64,000 nt of DNA from Eubacteriales bacterium (GTDB taxonomy: Bacteria > Bacillota > Clostridia > Oscillospirales > QAKW01), in the NCBI GenBank assembly GCA_045541535.1, contig JAZQJG010000098.1, forward strand, positions 26,981 to 90,980, in the 5' to 3' direction. The first letter of the stretch is position 1; each line of letters begins with the position of its first letter. The notes beneath the pieces are model-generated. The model searched no databases and was not told the DNA's origin. It was given only the letters and a program-made list of their open reading frames with translations. Both the position numbers and the translations under genes were made by a program. Positions 20,369 to 29,519 of this stretch are shown in pieces.

Positions 20369-22133
20369 CCTTCTTTTCCTCCCCTCTCAAAATCTTATAG
20401 GTAGCAAAGCCGAGAGCCACTACGATCCAGAACAGAAAATACACTCTGTAGTTATACCAAGTATAGTCAAAAATACTTTGTACCAAAAAGCCGAATAGTA
20501 CCGAACCGAAGGTGATCAACAGCACCTTACGACGGTCCGTATGTTTCAACCGCTTTTCAAAAGAAATAATATTGCGGTGATAGACAAACATCAGAAAAGC
20601 AAAATATACCAGACCGGCAATACCAAAGCTTGTCATCAATTGCAAAAAGAGAGAGTGAGTATGTGGCGCAACAATGCCTTGTATGCCAAAGAAGGGATAT
20701 ACGTAATTGAACGCCGCCTCACCGATTCCAAGACCGCTGGGCCAATAAGTTTTTAGCAACTCAAAGGAACCCTCATAAATTTTCAAACGATAGGAGGTAG
20801 AACTATCCGCCAGATTCACCATACTCAAAATACGGTCAATCATATTTTGCGGCAACATCATAATGCCCACCGGCGTTCCAACCACCAGCAAAATGCCCAA
20901 AATCTTTTTGTTATACATCCACAAAAAAACGAGTACTGTGACCACCAATCCCACGTAACAACCACGGGAATATGTCAAAGCCAGCGCTATGAGAGATAAA
21001 GCAAGGGTACCAAAGCAGGCGATTTTATATTTCCATTTATTAAAATAAATGCCAAGACCTGCCGCCAGCGGAATAACCAGCAACAAGAATTCGCCGAAAA
21101 CGTTGGGATTGGCAAAGGTGCTGTAAATACGAATATCCAGATTTTGAAACAAAGTCGTATCGGTCCACGTGGTATCCACCTGTCCGGATAAATATTGATA
21201 GAGACCGATCACACCGGCGATCACGGCGCCAATCATCAACCAGCTTAAAGACATCACCAAATCACGACGGGATCTGACGTTGCGAATAATAATAAAGACG
21301 GTGGAAAACATAATGATCCACATCGCGGAAACCCGCAAGCTGTCACTGACAGAAAAAGAAAACAGGCTGCTGATCAGGCACAAAGCAATATAAGCCGCCA
21401 GTAAAAGGTCAATATAATCCAGCCGCGTTTTACCAATCGTACCGTAAAAGCGTTGAAGCCATTGAGACAAGGCGAGCAGGATGCAAAGCGTAATACAAAC
21501 GCTGGTTCCGAAAACCGGCAAGCATACCATAATCAAGCAAATAAAACCAATGGGCTTAATATAAGTAAGCATTACCAACAAAGCGGGTGCCAGAGGCAAA
21601 AGAAATGCATATGGCATCGGTAAAAACATACCGCCGATAATGCCCAAAACTCCAATCAGACAAAGCATAAATTTGCTCTGTTTTTGAGTCGGCGCATCTT
21701 GTTTGAATTCAAAAAAACGACCGATCAAGGAGCTGCCAATTACCGCAGAAACAGAACGGCAGGAAAAGAACAGGGGCAGAACAAACAACTCACAAACCAA
21801 ATAGAGGATTCCTTCGGTTGTACTCCCATCAATCCAGCCCGATACAGATAAAGAAAGCAAGAAGAAAAACAACAAAATTGCCAACTGGCAGCATGAAATA
21901 TGCAAAAGTTTTTCAGCGCTCTCATACAAAGCGGGCAAAATCTTTCCTTTTTGAAAAGGTTTAGCGTCCTTTTCCCGTCCAATTAAGGCAGAGTTGCCGA
22001 TCGCACCATCCAACTCCCCTGCCCGATTTAAGGAGAAAATCACACTGCTCCCGTAGGCCTTGGCAACAAAGCGGACAAATCGCGCCAGTAGGCTGGATTG
22101 ATACGTATTGGATAAAAACTGACCTATCTTCAT
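20361..22133 (-). CDS. O-antigen ligase / polymerase-like (Wzy_C family) polytopic membrane protein
   Basis: 590 aa with more than 10 hydrophobic segments. The central loop region LTYSRGCYVGL resembles the Wzy_C signature. An 8-nt overlap links it to the GT4 gene. Confidence 0.75.
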   Translation of the reverse strand: MKIGQFLSNTYQSSLLARFVRFVAKAYGSSVIFSLNRAGELDGAIGNSALIGREKDAKPFQKGKILPALYESAEKLLHISCCQLAILLFFFLLSLSVSGWIDGSTTEGILYLVCELFVLPLFFSCRSVSAVIGSSLIGRFFEFKQDAPTQKQSKFMLCLIGVLGIIGGMFLPMPYAFLLPLAPALLVMLTYIKPIGFICLIMVCLPVFGTSVCITLCILLALSQWLQRFYGTIGKTRLDYIDLLLAAYIALCLISSLFSFSVSDSLRVSAMWIIMFSTVFIIIRNVRSRRDLVMSLSWLMIGAVIAGVIGLYQYLSGQVDTTWTDTTLFQNLDIRIYSTFANPNVFGEFLLLVIPLAAGLGIYFNKWKYKIACFGTLALSLIALALTYSRGCYVGLVVTVLVFLWMYNKKILGILLVVGTPVGIMMLPQNMIDRILSMVNLADSSTSYRLKIYEGSFELLKTYWPSGLGIGEAAFNYVYPFFGIQGIVAPHTHSLFLQLMTSFGIAGLVYFAFLMFVYHRNIISFEKRLKHTDRRKVLLITFGSVLFGFLVQSIFDYTWYNYRVYFLFWIVVALGFATYKILRGEEKKVD

Positions 22134-22154
22134 ATGCCGGTTCCTTTCTTAAAG

Positions 22155-22183
22155 TAAAAATGCACCAACAAGCGTTGATGCAT
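22155..22183 (-). terminator. Terminator-like hairpin directly after tRNA-Val
   Basis: On the minus strand: ATGCATCAAC-GCTT-GTTGGTGCAT followed by TTTTT. It ends about 20 nt before the ATG of the Wzy_C-like gene. Confidence 0.6.
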
Positions 22184-22185
22184 TT

Positions 22186-22262
22186 TGGTGGAGACAGAGG
22201 GACTCGAACCCGCGACCTTTCGCATGTGAAGCGAACGCTCTAACCAGCTGAGCTATGCCTCC
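22186..22262 (-). tRNA. tRNA-Val (anticodon CAC), CCA encoded
   Basis: Cloverleaf folded by hand: acceptor GGAGGCA/TGTCTCC (one G-U), D stem GCTC/GAGC, anticodon stem TTCGC/GCGAA with loop TTCACAT, T-loop TTCGAGT. There is one C-U mismatch in the T stem. Confidence 0.85.
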
Positions 22263-22305
22263 GTATATTAATATTTGCGCTGTAAAACGCATCGTTATTA
22301 TGAGG

Positions 22306-22338
22306 GAGTATACGGCCTCACGGCGAGGCCGTATACTC
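22306..22338. other. Perfect 14-bp GC-rich hairpin without a U-tract between pfkA and tRNA-Val
   Basis: GAGTATACGGCCTC-ACGGC-GAGGCCGTATACTC, 7 nt after the pfkA stop. Confidence 0.7.
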
Positions 22339-22345
22339 TAAAGTG

Positions 22346-23317
22346 TCAGATAGAAATATCGTAACTCATTTTGTAGAGATCCATAGGAAACTCTTTTTTC
22401 ATTGCAAGGGCTTCTTGAATATCAAAGTCGGTTACAACACCGTGTTGTAAAGCCACGACACGGTTACCAATACCCTTGACCAAGAGATTCACAGCATAAT
22501 TGCCCATTTCGCTGGCCATCACACGATCTCGCACGGTGGGAGATCCACCACGCTGTACGTGGCCCAAAATAGTGCAACGGGATACGATGCCGGTATCCTC
22601 TTCAATTCTACGAGTAAGCTCCTCAGCTCCGCCGACGCCTTCAGCCACCACAATGATGAAGTGGGACTTACCGGTTGCCCGGCTACTGCGAATCTTTTCG
22701 ATAATCTTCTCATAAGGAAGCGGAATTTCGGGAACCAATACGCAGGTAGCACCTGTTGCAATGGCAGATTCCAAAGCAAGATATCCGGCTCTACGACCCA
22801 TAACCTCAACCACCGAGCAACGCTCGTGGGACTGAGAGGTATCACGAATGCGATCCACCATTTCCATAACACAGTTCAGCGCCGTGTCAAAACCGATGGT
22901 ATACTCACTGGAAGCAATATCGTTATCAATGGTACCGGGAATGCCGATACAAGGGATTCCCTTGGCTGATAATGCGGCAGCTCCTCTAAAAGAGCCGTCG
23001 CCGCCGATTACAACCAGACCGTCAATTCCATATTCTTTACATTTTTCTACGCCTTTATTCTGAACGGCATCCTGAGCAAATTCAGGAAGTCTGGCAGAAT
23101 ACAGCGAGGTGCCGCCTGTTTGAATAATGTTAGAAACAGAACGGAGATTCATATCAAAAATGTCTCCGCTGAGTAAGCCGGCATAACCTCTGCGGATGCC
23201 GACAACTTCAATCCCCTTTGCAAGAGCACTTCTTGCAACTGCGCGGACAGCAGCATTCATGCCGGGGGCGTCGCCACCGCTGGTCAACACGCCTATTTTT
23301 TTTACTTTGCTTGTCAT
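22346..23317 (-). CDS. pfkA: ATP-dependent 6-phosphofructokinase
   Basis: GVLTSGGDAPGMNAA, GGDGS and PGTIDND motifs. Confidence 0.97.
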   Translation of the reverse strand: MTSKVKKIGVLTSGGDAPGMNAAVRAVARSALAKGIEVVGIRRGYAGLLSGDIFDMNLRSVSNIIQTGGTSLYSARLPEFAQDAVQNKGVEKCKEYGIDGLVVIGGDGSFRGAAALSAKGIPCIGIPGTIDNDIASSEYTIGFDTALNCVMEMVDRIRDTSQSHERCSVVEVMGRRAGYLALESAIATGATCVLVPEIPLPYEKIIEKIRSSRATGKSHFIIVVAEGVGGAEELTRRIEEDTGIVSRCTILGHVQRGGSPTVRDRVMASEMGNYAVNLLVKGIGNRVVALQHGVVTDFDIQEALAMKKEFPMDLYKMSYDISI

Positions 23318-23384
23318 TCAAATTCCCCCAAAGTAATTACATCTCATTAATAATATCATATTAATTTAAAAAAATCAATACCTT

Positions 23385-26300
23385 TTATCGCACAATCACT
23401 TGGTTATTTCCCAAAATATTCCGAAGCGCCGCCAGCAATTCCGTGGAACCGTCAACACCGAAATCCTGCTTGGTGACAACCGTTTTGCCACTATCGGAAA
23501 AATGCAACACACAGCAAATATCACCTTTATGGGAATTTATCAGGTCACGCACCGCCTGCCAAGCCTGCGAATCTTTTGACGGAATTTTTAGATAAAGCTT
23601 TTTGGCGGCATCGGCAATACGTTTAACGTCAGCATCCACAAGCTTTTCACAGATGATTTTGACGCCTTCCTCCTCAATGGAAACCTTTCCTTCCGCAAAT
23701 ACGATCTGCCCATTGCGTAGCACAGCGTCCACACGATTAAAGGCCGCAGGGAAAATGATCAGTTCCACACTGCCGGATTCATCCTCCAAGGTTGCAAAAC
23801 CCATTGATTTTTTGGCTTTGGTCATTTTAGTTTTACAATTATCCAAAATGCCAAAAAACTTATAGGAACGGTCCTTTTCAAACTTAAACTCAGAATTATA
23901 AAGTGAAGCGATACGAACGTATCCTTTATTTTCATACAGCACATCATAGCCGGACAGCGGATGACCGGTCATATACAAGCCGGTCACCTCTTTTTCCATC
24001 AACAGCTTTTGCTCAGGCTCAAATTCAGGTATATTGTTAACAAAATACCGTTCAAGGCCTGCATTTTCTTCATGGAAAACACCGCTGAAAAGGTCCATCT
24101 GACCAAAGGCCCCGCGTGTCGCATCATTATGTGCGCCTTCCAAGACCTTATCGTAAACGCCTAACAAATGCTTACGGCTAAATCCGAATTCATCAAAAGC
24201 GCCGGCTTTGATTAAGCTTTCCAAGGACTTTTTGCTCATTTCCTTGCCATCCATACGTCGCACAAAATCCGGAAAACTTTCAAAGGGGCCGTTGAAGTCT
24301 CGCTCGCTGACAACAGATTCCACAAACTTTCTGCCCACGTTTTTAATGGCGGAAAGGCTGAAAATAATGCTACGATCCGATACGGTAAAGGTAGAGCAAC
24401 CTTTATTGATAATCGGCGGCAAAACGGAAATACCCAGTTTTTTACACTCTTCAATATAGCCGGCCACCTTTTCCGTATTGTCCATAACACTTGTCATCAT
24501 TGCCGCCATAAATTCTGCGGGATAATGACACTTTAAAAAGGCAGTCTGATAGGCCACGTAGGCGTAACAGGCAGCGTGAGACTTATTAAAGGCATACTTT
24601 GCAAAATCGGTCATTTCATCAAAAAGCTCGTTGGCCGTTTTGGCGTCGACGCCCCTACGCAAGCATCCATCAATCACAACCGTACCGCTTTCATCCGTCA
24701 ATCCGTTAATGAAGATATCCCTTTCTTTTTCCATTACGTCCATCTTCTTTTTGCTCATCGCACGGCGAACAAGATCGGCGCGTCCATAGGAGTAACCAGC
24801 CAGATCTCTAACGATACGCATTACCTGTTCTTGATATACGATACAGCCGTAGGTAACACCCAATATTTTCTCCAGACGAGGGTCTTTGTACCGGATATTT
24901 TCAGGGTGATTTTTATTTTCAATATATTTAGGGATTGAATCCATCGGGCCCGGTCGATACAGGGAAATCACAGCAATAACGTCTTCAATGCTGCGAGGTT
25001 GCATACGACGAAGCACTTGCTTAATTCCCTCGGATTCCAACTGAAATACACCCTGGGTTTGCCCGCGACATAGCAAAGCGTAAACCTTGGGATCTTCAAA
25101 ATCAATTTGATCTGCACGGAAATCCGGCTGATAGCGACGGACCAAACGCTCGGTCTCGTGGATTACCGTAAGATTACGCAAACCCAGAAAATCCATTTTG
25201 AGCAGACCCAACTGTTCCAAAGTTCCCATAGGAAATTGAGTCACCACATTATTATCCGTAAGCTGAACGGGAACGTACTCGTATACAGGCTTTTGCGTAA
25301 TTACAACGCCTGCGGCATGAGTTGAAGCATGACGGGGAAAACCCTCCAACTGCATTGCCATATTCACCATTTCTCTCACTTGCATATCGGTGTCATACAA
25401 CTGGCGCAACGCCTTGGAATCCCGCAGCGCATCCTTTAAGGTGATTCCCAAGCGGAACGGCACCGCCTTAGAAGCCTGATCCGTCAGAGAATACGAAATT
25501 CCCATTGCCCGCCCCACGTCTTTAATGGCAGCCTTGGCGGCCAGCGTACCGAAGGTGATGATCTGGGCAACGTTATCCGCACCGTACTTTGAAACCACGT
25601 AATCAATTACCCGGCTTCGCTGTTTGACGCAAAAATCAATATCAATATCCGGCATACTGACACGCTCCGGATTCAAAAACCGTTCAAACAACAAATCATA
25701 GCGCATAGGATCGATCTCGGTAATACGAAGACAATACGCCACGATAGAGCCTGCGGCAGAGCCTCTGCCGGGGCCTACAGGGATATCATTGGATTTCGCA
25801 TAATGGATAAAATCGTGGACGATCAAAAAATAATCCACGTATCCCATTTTTTCAATCACGCTCAGTTCATAATCCAGACGCTCTTTATACTCCGCCCAAC
25901 GATCGGGATAACGCATTTTAAGCCCCTGCAATGCGAGCGCAGACAAATAAGCAAAAGGCGTTCTGTCATCCGGCATCGCAAAGGATGGCAGATGATAATG
26001 ATCAAAATCAAATTCAACGTTACATTGTTCTGCAATTTTTACCGTATTCTCCAACGCCTGAGGATAATGAGCAAATAAAGCCTCCATTTCCTCACCGGAT
26101 TTCAGATAAAACTCTTGGGTTTCAAAGGTCATAGCATCTGGATCACCAACAACCTTATTGGTCTGGATGCACATCAGTACTTCCTGCAGTTTTGCATCCT
26201 TCTTTTCTACGTAATGAACGTCGTTGGTGGCCACAAGAGGAATGCCGGTTTCTGTAGAAAGACGAGCAAGTCCGGATATTACCGCTGCATCTTCTTTGAG

Positions 26301-26834
26301 ATTATGATCTTGCAATTCCAGATAAAAATCATCGCCGAAAATCGCCTTATATTCCAGCGCCTTTTCTTTGGCGCCCTCATAATTCTCCTGTAAAAGAAAC
26401 CGTTGTACATCACCTGCCAGACAAGCAGACAGCGCAATCAGCCCCGTTGAATGCTCCCTTAACAGTTCCATATCCACACGGGGTTTATAATACATACCCT
26501 CCACCGATGCCTTAGACACCAAGTGAATCAAATTTTGATATCCTTCATTATTTTTTGCAAGCAGCACAAGATGTCCGATTTGGCCGTCAAACTCATAGAG
26601 TTTATCAAATCTCGTTCTGGCAGCAGTGTATACTTCACATCCGATAATCGGCTTGATTCCTTGTGCCTTGGCTTCTTTATAAAAATCAATTACACCGTAC
26701 ATCACACCGTGATCAGTGATCGCCAAAGCCGTTTGTCCAAGACTTTTAGCCCTTTGAAGAACGCTGCTGATTTTTGCGGCGCCGTCCAAAAGGCTGTATT
26801 CAGTGTGAACGTGCAAATGAACAAACTCTCTCAT
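23385..26834 (-). CDS. dnaE: DNA polymerase III alpha subunit, DnaE type
   Basis: N-terminal PHP domain HLHVHTEYSLLDG, polymerase core and an OB fold, 1149 aa. Confidence 0.97.
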   Translation of the reverse strand: MREFVHLHVHTEYSLLDGAAKISSVLQRAKSLGQTALAITDHGVMYGVIDFYKEAKAQGIKPIIGCEVYTAARTRFDKLYEFDGQIGHLVLLAKNNEGYQNLIHLVSKASVEGMYYKPRVDMELLREHSTGLIALSACLAGDVQRFLLQENYEGAKEKALEYKAIFGDDFYLELQDHNLKEDAAVISGLARLSTETGIPLVATNDVHYVEKKDAKLQEVLMCIQTNKVVGDPDAMTFETQEFYLKSGEEMEALFAHYPQALENTVKIAEQCNVEFDFDHYHLPSFAMPDDRTPFAYLSALALQGLKMRYPDRWAEYKERLDYELSVIEKMGYVDYFLIVHDFIHYAKSNDIPVGPGRGSAAGSIVAYCLRITEIDPMRYDLLFERFLNPERVSMPDIDIDFCVKQRSRVIDYVVSKYGADNVAQIITFGTLAAKAAIKDVGRAMGISYSLTDQASKAVPFRLGITLKDALRDSKALRQLYDTDMQVREMVNMAMQLEGFPRHASTHAAGVVITQKPVYEYVPVQLTDNNVVTQFPMGTLEQLGLLKMDFLGLRNLTVIHETERLVRRYQPDFRADQIDFEDPKVYALLCRGQTQGVFQLESEGIKQVLRRMQPRSIEDVIAVISLYRPGPMDSIPKYIENKNHPENIRYKDPRLEKILGVTYGCIVYQEQVMRIVRDLAGYSYGRADLVRRAMSKKKMDVMEKERDIFINGLTDESGTVVIDGCLRRGVDAKTANELFDEMTDFAKYAFNKSHAACYAYVAYQTAFLKCHYPAEFMAAMMTSVMDNTEKVAGYIEECKKLGISVLPPIINKGCSTFTVSDRSIIFSLSAIKNVGRKFVESVVSERDFNGPFESFPDFVRRMDGKEMSKKSLESLIKAGAFDEFGFSRKHLLGVYDKVLEGAHNDATRGAFGQMDLFSGVFHEENAGLERYFVNNIPEFEPEQKLLMEKEVTGLYMTGHPLSGYDVLYENKGYVRIASLYNSEFKFEKDRSYKFFGILDNCKTKMTKAKKSMGFATLEDESGSVELIIFPAAFNRVDAVLRNGQIVFAEGKVSIEEEGVKIICEKLVDADVKRIADAAKKLYLKIPSKDSQAWQAVRDLINSHKGDICCVLHFSDSGKTVVTKQDFGVDGSTELLAALRNILGNNQVIVR

Positions 26835-26843
26835 TCTATTTCC

Positions 26844-27722
26844 TTATCCGTCAATTTTATTTGCAATTTCAATTATTTTAGTCAGGCGTCGGCTGAGCCC
26901 CGCCTTGCTGAACTTTCCTTCCGTCAAGCGGCAAAGTTCGGACAAAGACGCCATTTGATGATCCAGTCGCAACTGCGCAATCTCCTGCAAATCTTCCGGC
27001 AATGACACCAGTCCCATCTTTTCCTGAATTTTGCGAATGGCCAGCAATTGATGAATGGCTTTGTCCATCATTTTGTCCCGATTGTACTCAGCGCAATTAT
27101 TTAATCGGTTATCATCATTTTGCAATTGTTTATAAATTTTGGCATCCACCAAAGCAAATGCCGCCTTTTTAGCGCCAAGAACGTACAAAAAACGTTCAAT
27201 CACTACGCTATCTTTTAAATACAAAACGTACTGAGATTTACGAACAACGGATTTAAAGGCAAAGTCAGCGCGTTTTAAAAAAGATAAAATTTCTTTACTC
27301 AAATGATAATGATGACATATCAGTTCCAAATGATATGCCGACTGGGGATTGGCAATGGAGCCGCCCACAAGAAAAGCGCCTTTTAAAAAAGCGGAGACTT
27401 CATCAGTATTTTCGGCAAATTCTACGTCAAGATGGGGTTGAACGGCGTGAGGATCAATATGAAACTCACTGCATACTCGCTCAAATGAATCTCCAAGCAA
27501 AGTGGCAGTGTAGGAATTGCCGTTTTCATCCACCAAAAAATGCTGTTCAAACAAACCGAAGCAAAGTTCTTCCAGTAAGTTGATCACAAAAACGTTCTCC
27601 GTAGTGATCTGTAGTCGGTCGGTAATCCGATCGGCAAACATAATCATACCGTAAAACAATGCTCTTTTATTCTTTTCTTCCGCAGAACAGATTTCCTGTT
27701 TGGTATCAAAACAATAAGACAT
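26844..27722 (-). CDS. whiA: DNA-binding protein WhiA
   Basis: Degenerate LAGLIDADG-like region (FLKGAFLVGGSI..P..YHLE) plus a C-terminal HTH (SLSELCRL...SKAGLSRRL). Confidence 0.92.
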   Translation of the reverse strand: MSYCFDTKQEICSAEEKNKRALFYGMIMFADRITDRLQITTENVFVINLLEELCFGLFEQHFLVDENGNSYTATLLGDSFERVCSEFHIDPHAVQPHLDVEFAENTDEVSAFLKGAFLVGGSIANPQSAYHLELICHHYHLSKEILSFLKRADFAFKSVVRKSQYVLYLKDSVVIERFLYVLGAKKAAFALVDAKIYKQLQNDDNRLNNCAEYNRDKMMDKAIHQLLAIRKIQEKMGLVSLPEDLQEIAQLRLDHQMASLSELCRLTEGKFSKAGLSRRLTKIIEIANKIDG

Positions 27723-27735
27723 AGCTCAACTTCCT

Positions 27736-28590
27736 TTATTTTTCGGCATCCCGATGAGTTAAAGTCGTATGATACATATGGTTGGTGCAAAAACGGCTGA
27801 AATGCTCGGCAAAAGCAACCGAGCGATGTTGCCCCCCGGTACAGCCAAAGGCGATCACTACAGAACTTTTTCCCTCTTCTGCATACAGCGGAAGCAAAAA
27901 GCCGATCATATCCTCCAGCTTTGCTTTAAACTCTTGGGTAACAGACCATTGAAATACGTAGTCAAACACCTCTTTATCATAACCGCGTTTGCCCCGAAGC
28001 TCATCAATATAATAAGGGTTGGGCAGGCAACGAACGTCAAAAATCAAATCCGCATCCGTGGGAACGCCGTATTTATACCCAAAGGACAACACGGAAACAT
28101 CCATGGAACTGGAACGTTCACTGAACAACTGATGCAATCGCTTTACAAGTTCCTTACCCGAAAGATATGTAGTATCAATGACAAAATCTGCGCTATCGCG
28201 AGCCACCTGCATCTTTTCCCGTTCAATACGGATGGCATTTTCCAAAGATCCGTCTGCCTCCGCAATCAACGGATGACGACGGCGGGTTTCTTTATAACGT
28301 TTAAGCAATACTTCGTTTGAGGAATCCAAAAACAACAGATCAAAACGAACGTTATGCGCATTCAGATGTTCCAAAGCTGCCGAAAGACCGGAAAACAGTT
28401 CCGCCGAGCGGCTGTCAACCACCAATACCATCTTGTCAATACTACAGTTTGGTGCCGTCAAAATTTCAGAAAATTTTTCAATCAGTTCAGGGGGCACGTT
28501 GTCCACACAGCTAAAGCCCATATCCTCAAAGGAACGTAAGGCGCTGGATTTTCCGGCGCCGGACATTCCGCTGATGATTACAAATCGCAT
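27736..28590 (-). CDS. rapZ: RNase adapter / nucleotide-binding protein RapZ (YvcJ)
   Basis: MRFVIISGMSGAGKSSALRSFEDMGFSCVDNVPP. The start is placed at the MRFVII ATG (GGGAGA RBS), 17 codons inside the ORF-track start. Confidence 0.93.
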   Translation of the reverse strand: MRFVIISGMSGAGKSSALRSFEDMGFSCVDNVPPELIEKFSEILTAPNCSIDKMVLVVDSRSAELFSGLSAALEHLNAHNVRFDLLFLDSSNEVLLKRYKETRRRHPLIAEADGSLENAIRIEREKMQVARDSADFVIDTTYLSGKELVKRLHQLFSERSSSMDVSVLSFGYKYGVPTDADLIFDVRCLPNPYYIDELRGKRGYDKEVFDYVFQWSVTQEFKAKLEDMIGFLLPLYAEEGKSSVVIAFGCTGGQHRSVAFAEHFSRFCTNHMYHTTLTHRDAEK

Positions 28591-28616
28591 AAGTTCATTT
28601 CTCCCGCATTTTGCAT

Positions 28617-29510
28617 TTATTCTATAATTTCCACTTCGCACGCAAGAAAATAGCCGGTCTCTTCCAAAACAGTTTTCTGAACGTGCTCAATCACTTGCTT
28701 TACGTCATCGAAGGTTGCGTGGTCCACGTTTACGACAAATCCCGCATGCTTTTCGCTCACAGCGGCCCCTCCGATTCGGAATCCTTTTAATCCGCAATCC
28801 TGAATCAGTTTTCCGGCAAAAGCGCCCTCCGGCCGTTTAAAGGTGGAGCCGGCGCTGGGCAGATGCAGTGGCTGCTTATCCTTACGTCGTTGCATAAAAT
28901 CGGCCATTTTATCTTTGATGGCCGTTTTATCCCCCGGTTGTAGCACAACACTCGTTTCAAGAACAATGGCGTTCTTACCGGAGAAACAACTGTGTCTGTA
29001 GGAAAAATCGTGGGCCTCACCACAGATCGTTTCAATTTCTCCCGCCTCGTTTAAAAACGTAGTAGAGTCAACAATCATAGACATAGTGCCATCATAAGCG
29101 CCGGCATTCATATACACGGCGCCGCCAATGCTACCGGGAATACCGTGAGCAAACTCCATGCCGGTATATCCGTGGTCTGCCGCAAACAATGCGGCTTTTG
29201 CCATTTTAACACCGGCGCCAAAGGTAAAGGTCACCCCTTCAGCCTTCATCAATGTTAGGCGATCTGTTTTAATGATAGGACGCTCATGACGCTTGTCGGA
29301 AAAAAGGAGATTGGAGCCGTTGCCCATGACAAAATAGTCCAGTTGATTGTTTTTGAAGAAAGTGACCAGTTGTTGCAGCTTATCCGCCGTATCGGGATAG
29401 ATCACAATGGAAGCGATTCCGCCGACCCGAAAGGTGGTCAGCTCTGACAAAGACACTTCCGTTTCATATGCAATGCCATTTTTGTCTAAAAATTCAATAA
29501 GCATACGCAA
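28617..29510 (-). CDS. murB: UDP-N-acetylenolpyruvoylglucosamine reductase
   Basis: FAD-binding FRVGG..., GNGSNLLF and C-terminal MurB motifs. Confidence 0.95.
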   Translation of the reverse strand: MRMLIEFLDKNGIAYETEVSLSELTTFRVGGIASIVIYPDTADKLQQLVTFFKNNQLDYFVMGNGSNLLFSDKRHERPIIKTDRLTLMKAEGVTFTFGAGVKMAKAALFAADHGYTGMEFAHGIPGSIGGAVYMNAGAYDGTMSMIVDSTTFLNEAGEIETICGEAHDFSYRHSCFSGKNAIVLETSVVLQPGDKTAIKDKMADFMQRRKDKQPLHLPSAGSTFKRPEGAFAGKLIQDCGLKGFRIGGAAVSEKHAGFVVNVDHATFDDVKQVIEHVQKTVLEETGYFLACEVEIIE

Positions 29511-29519
29511 TTGCTCTCC

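Noticed and set aside
27736-28641. N-terminal extensions in the ORF track for rapZ (17 codons), rluD (41156-42130, 16 codons), fmt (62828-63766, 4 codons) and the FAD oxidoreductase (16424-17671, 9 codons).
   Set aside because: The internal ATGs align with conserved family N-termini, have better RBSs, and in the fmt case give the classic ATGA stop/start overlap with def. The extensions are probably not translated.
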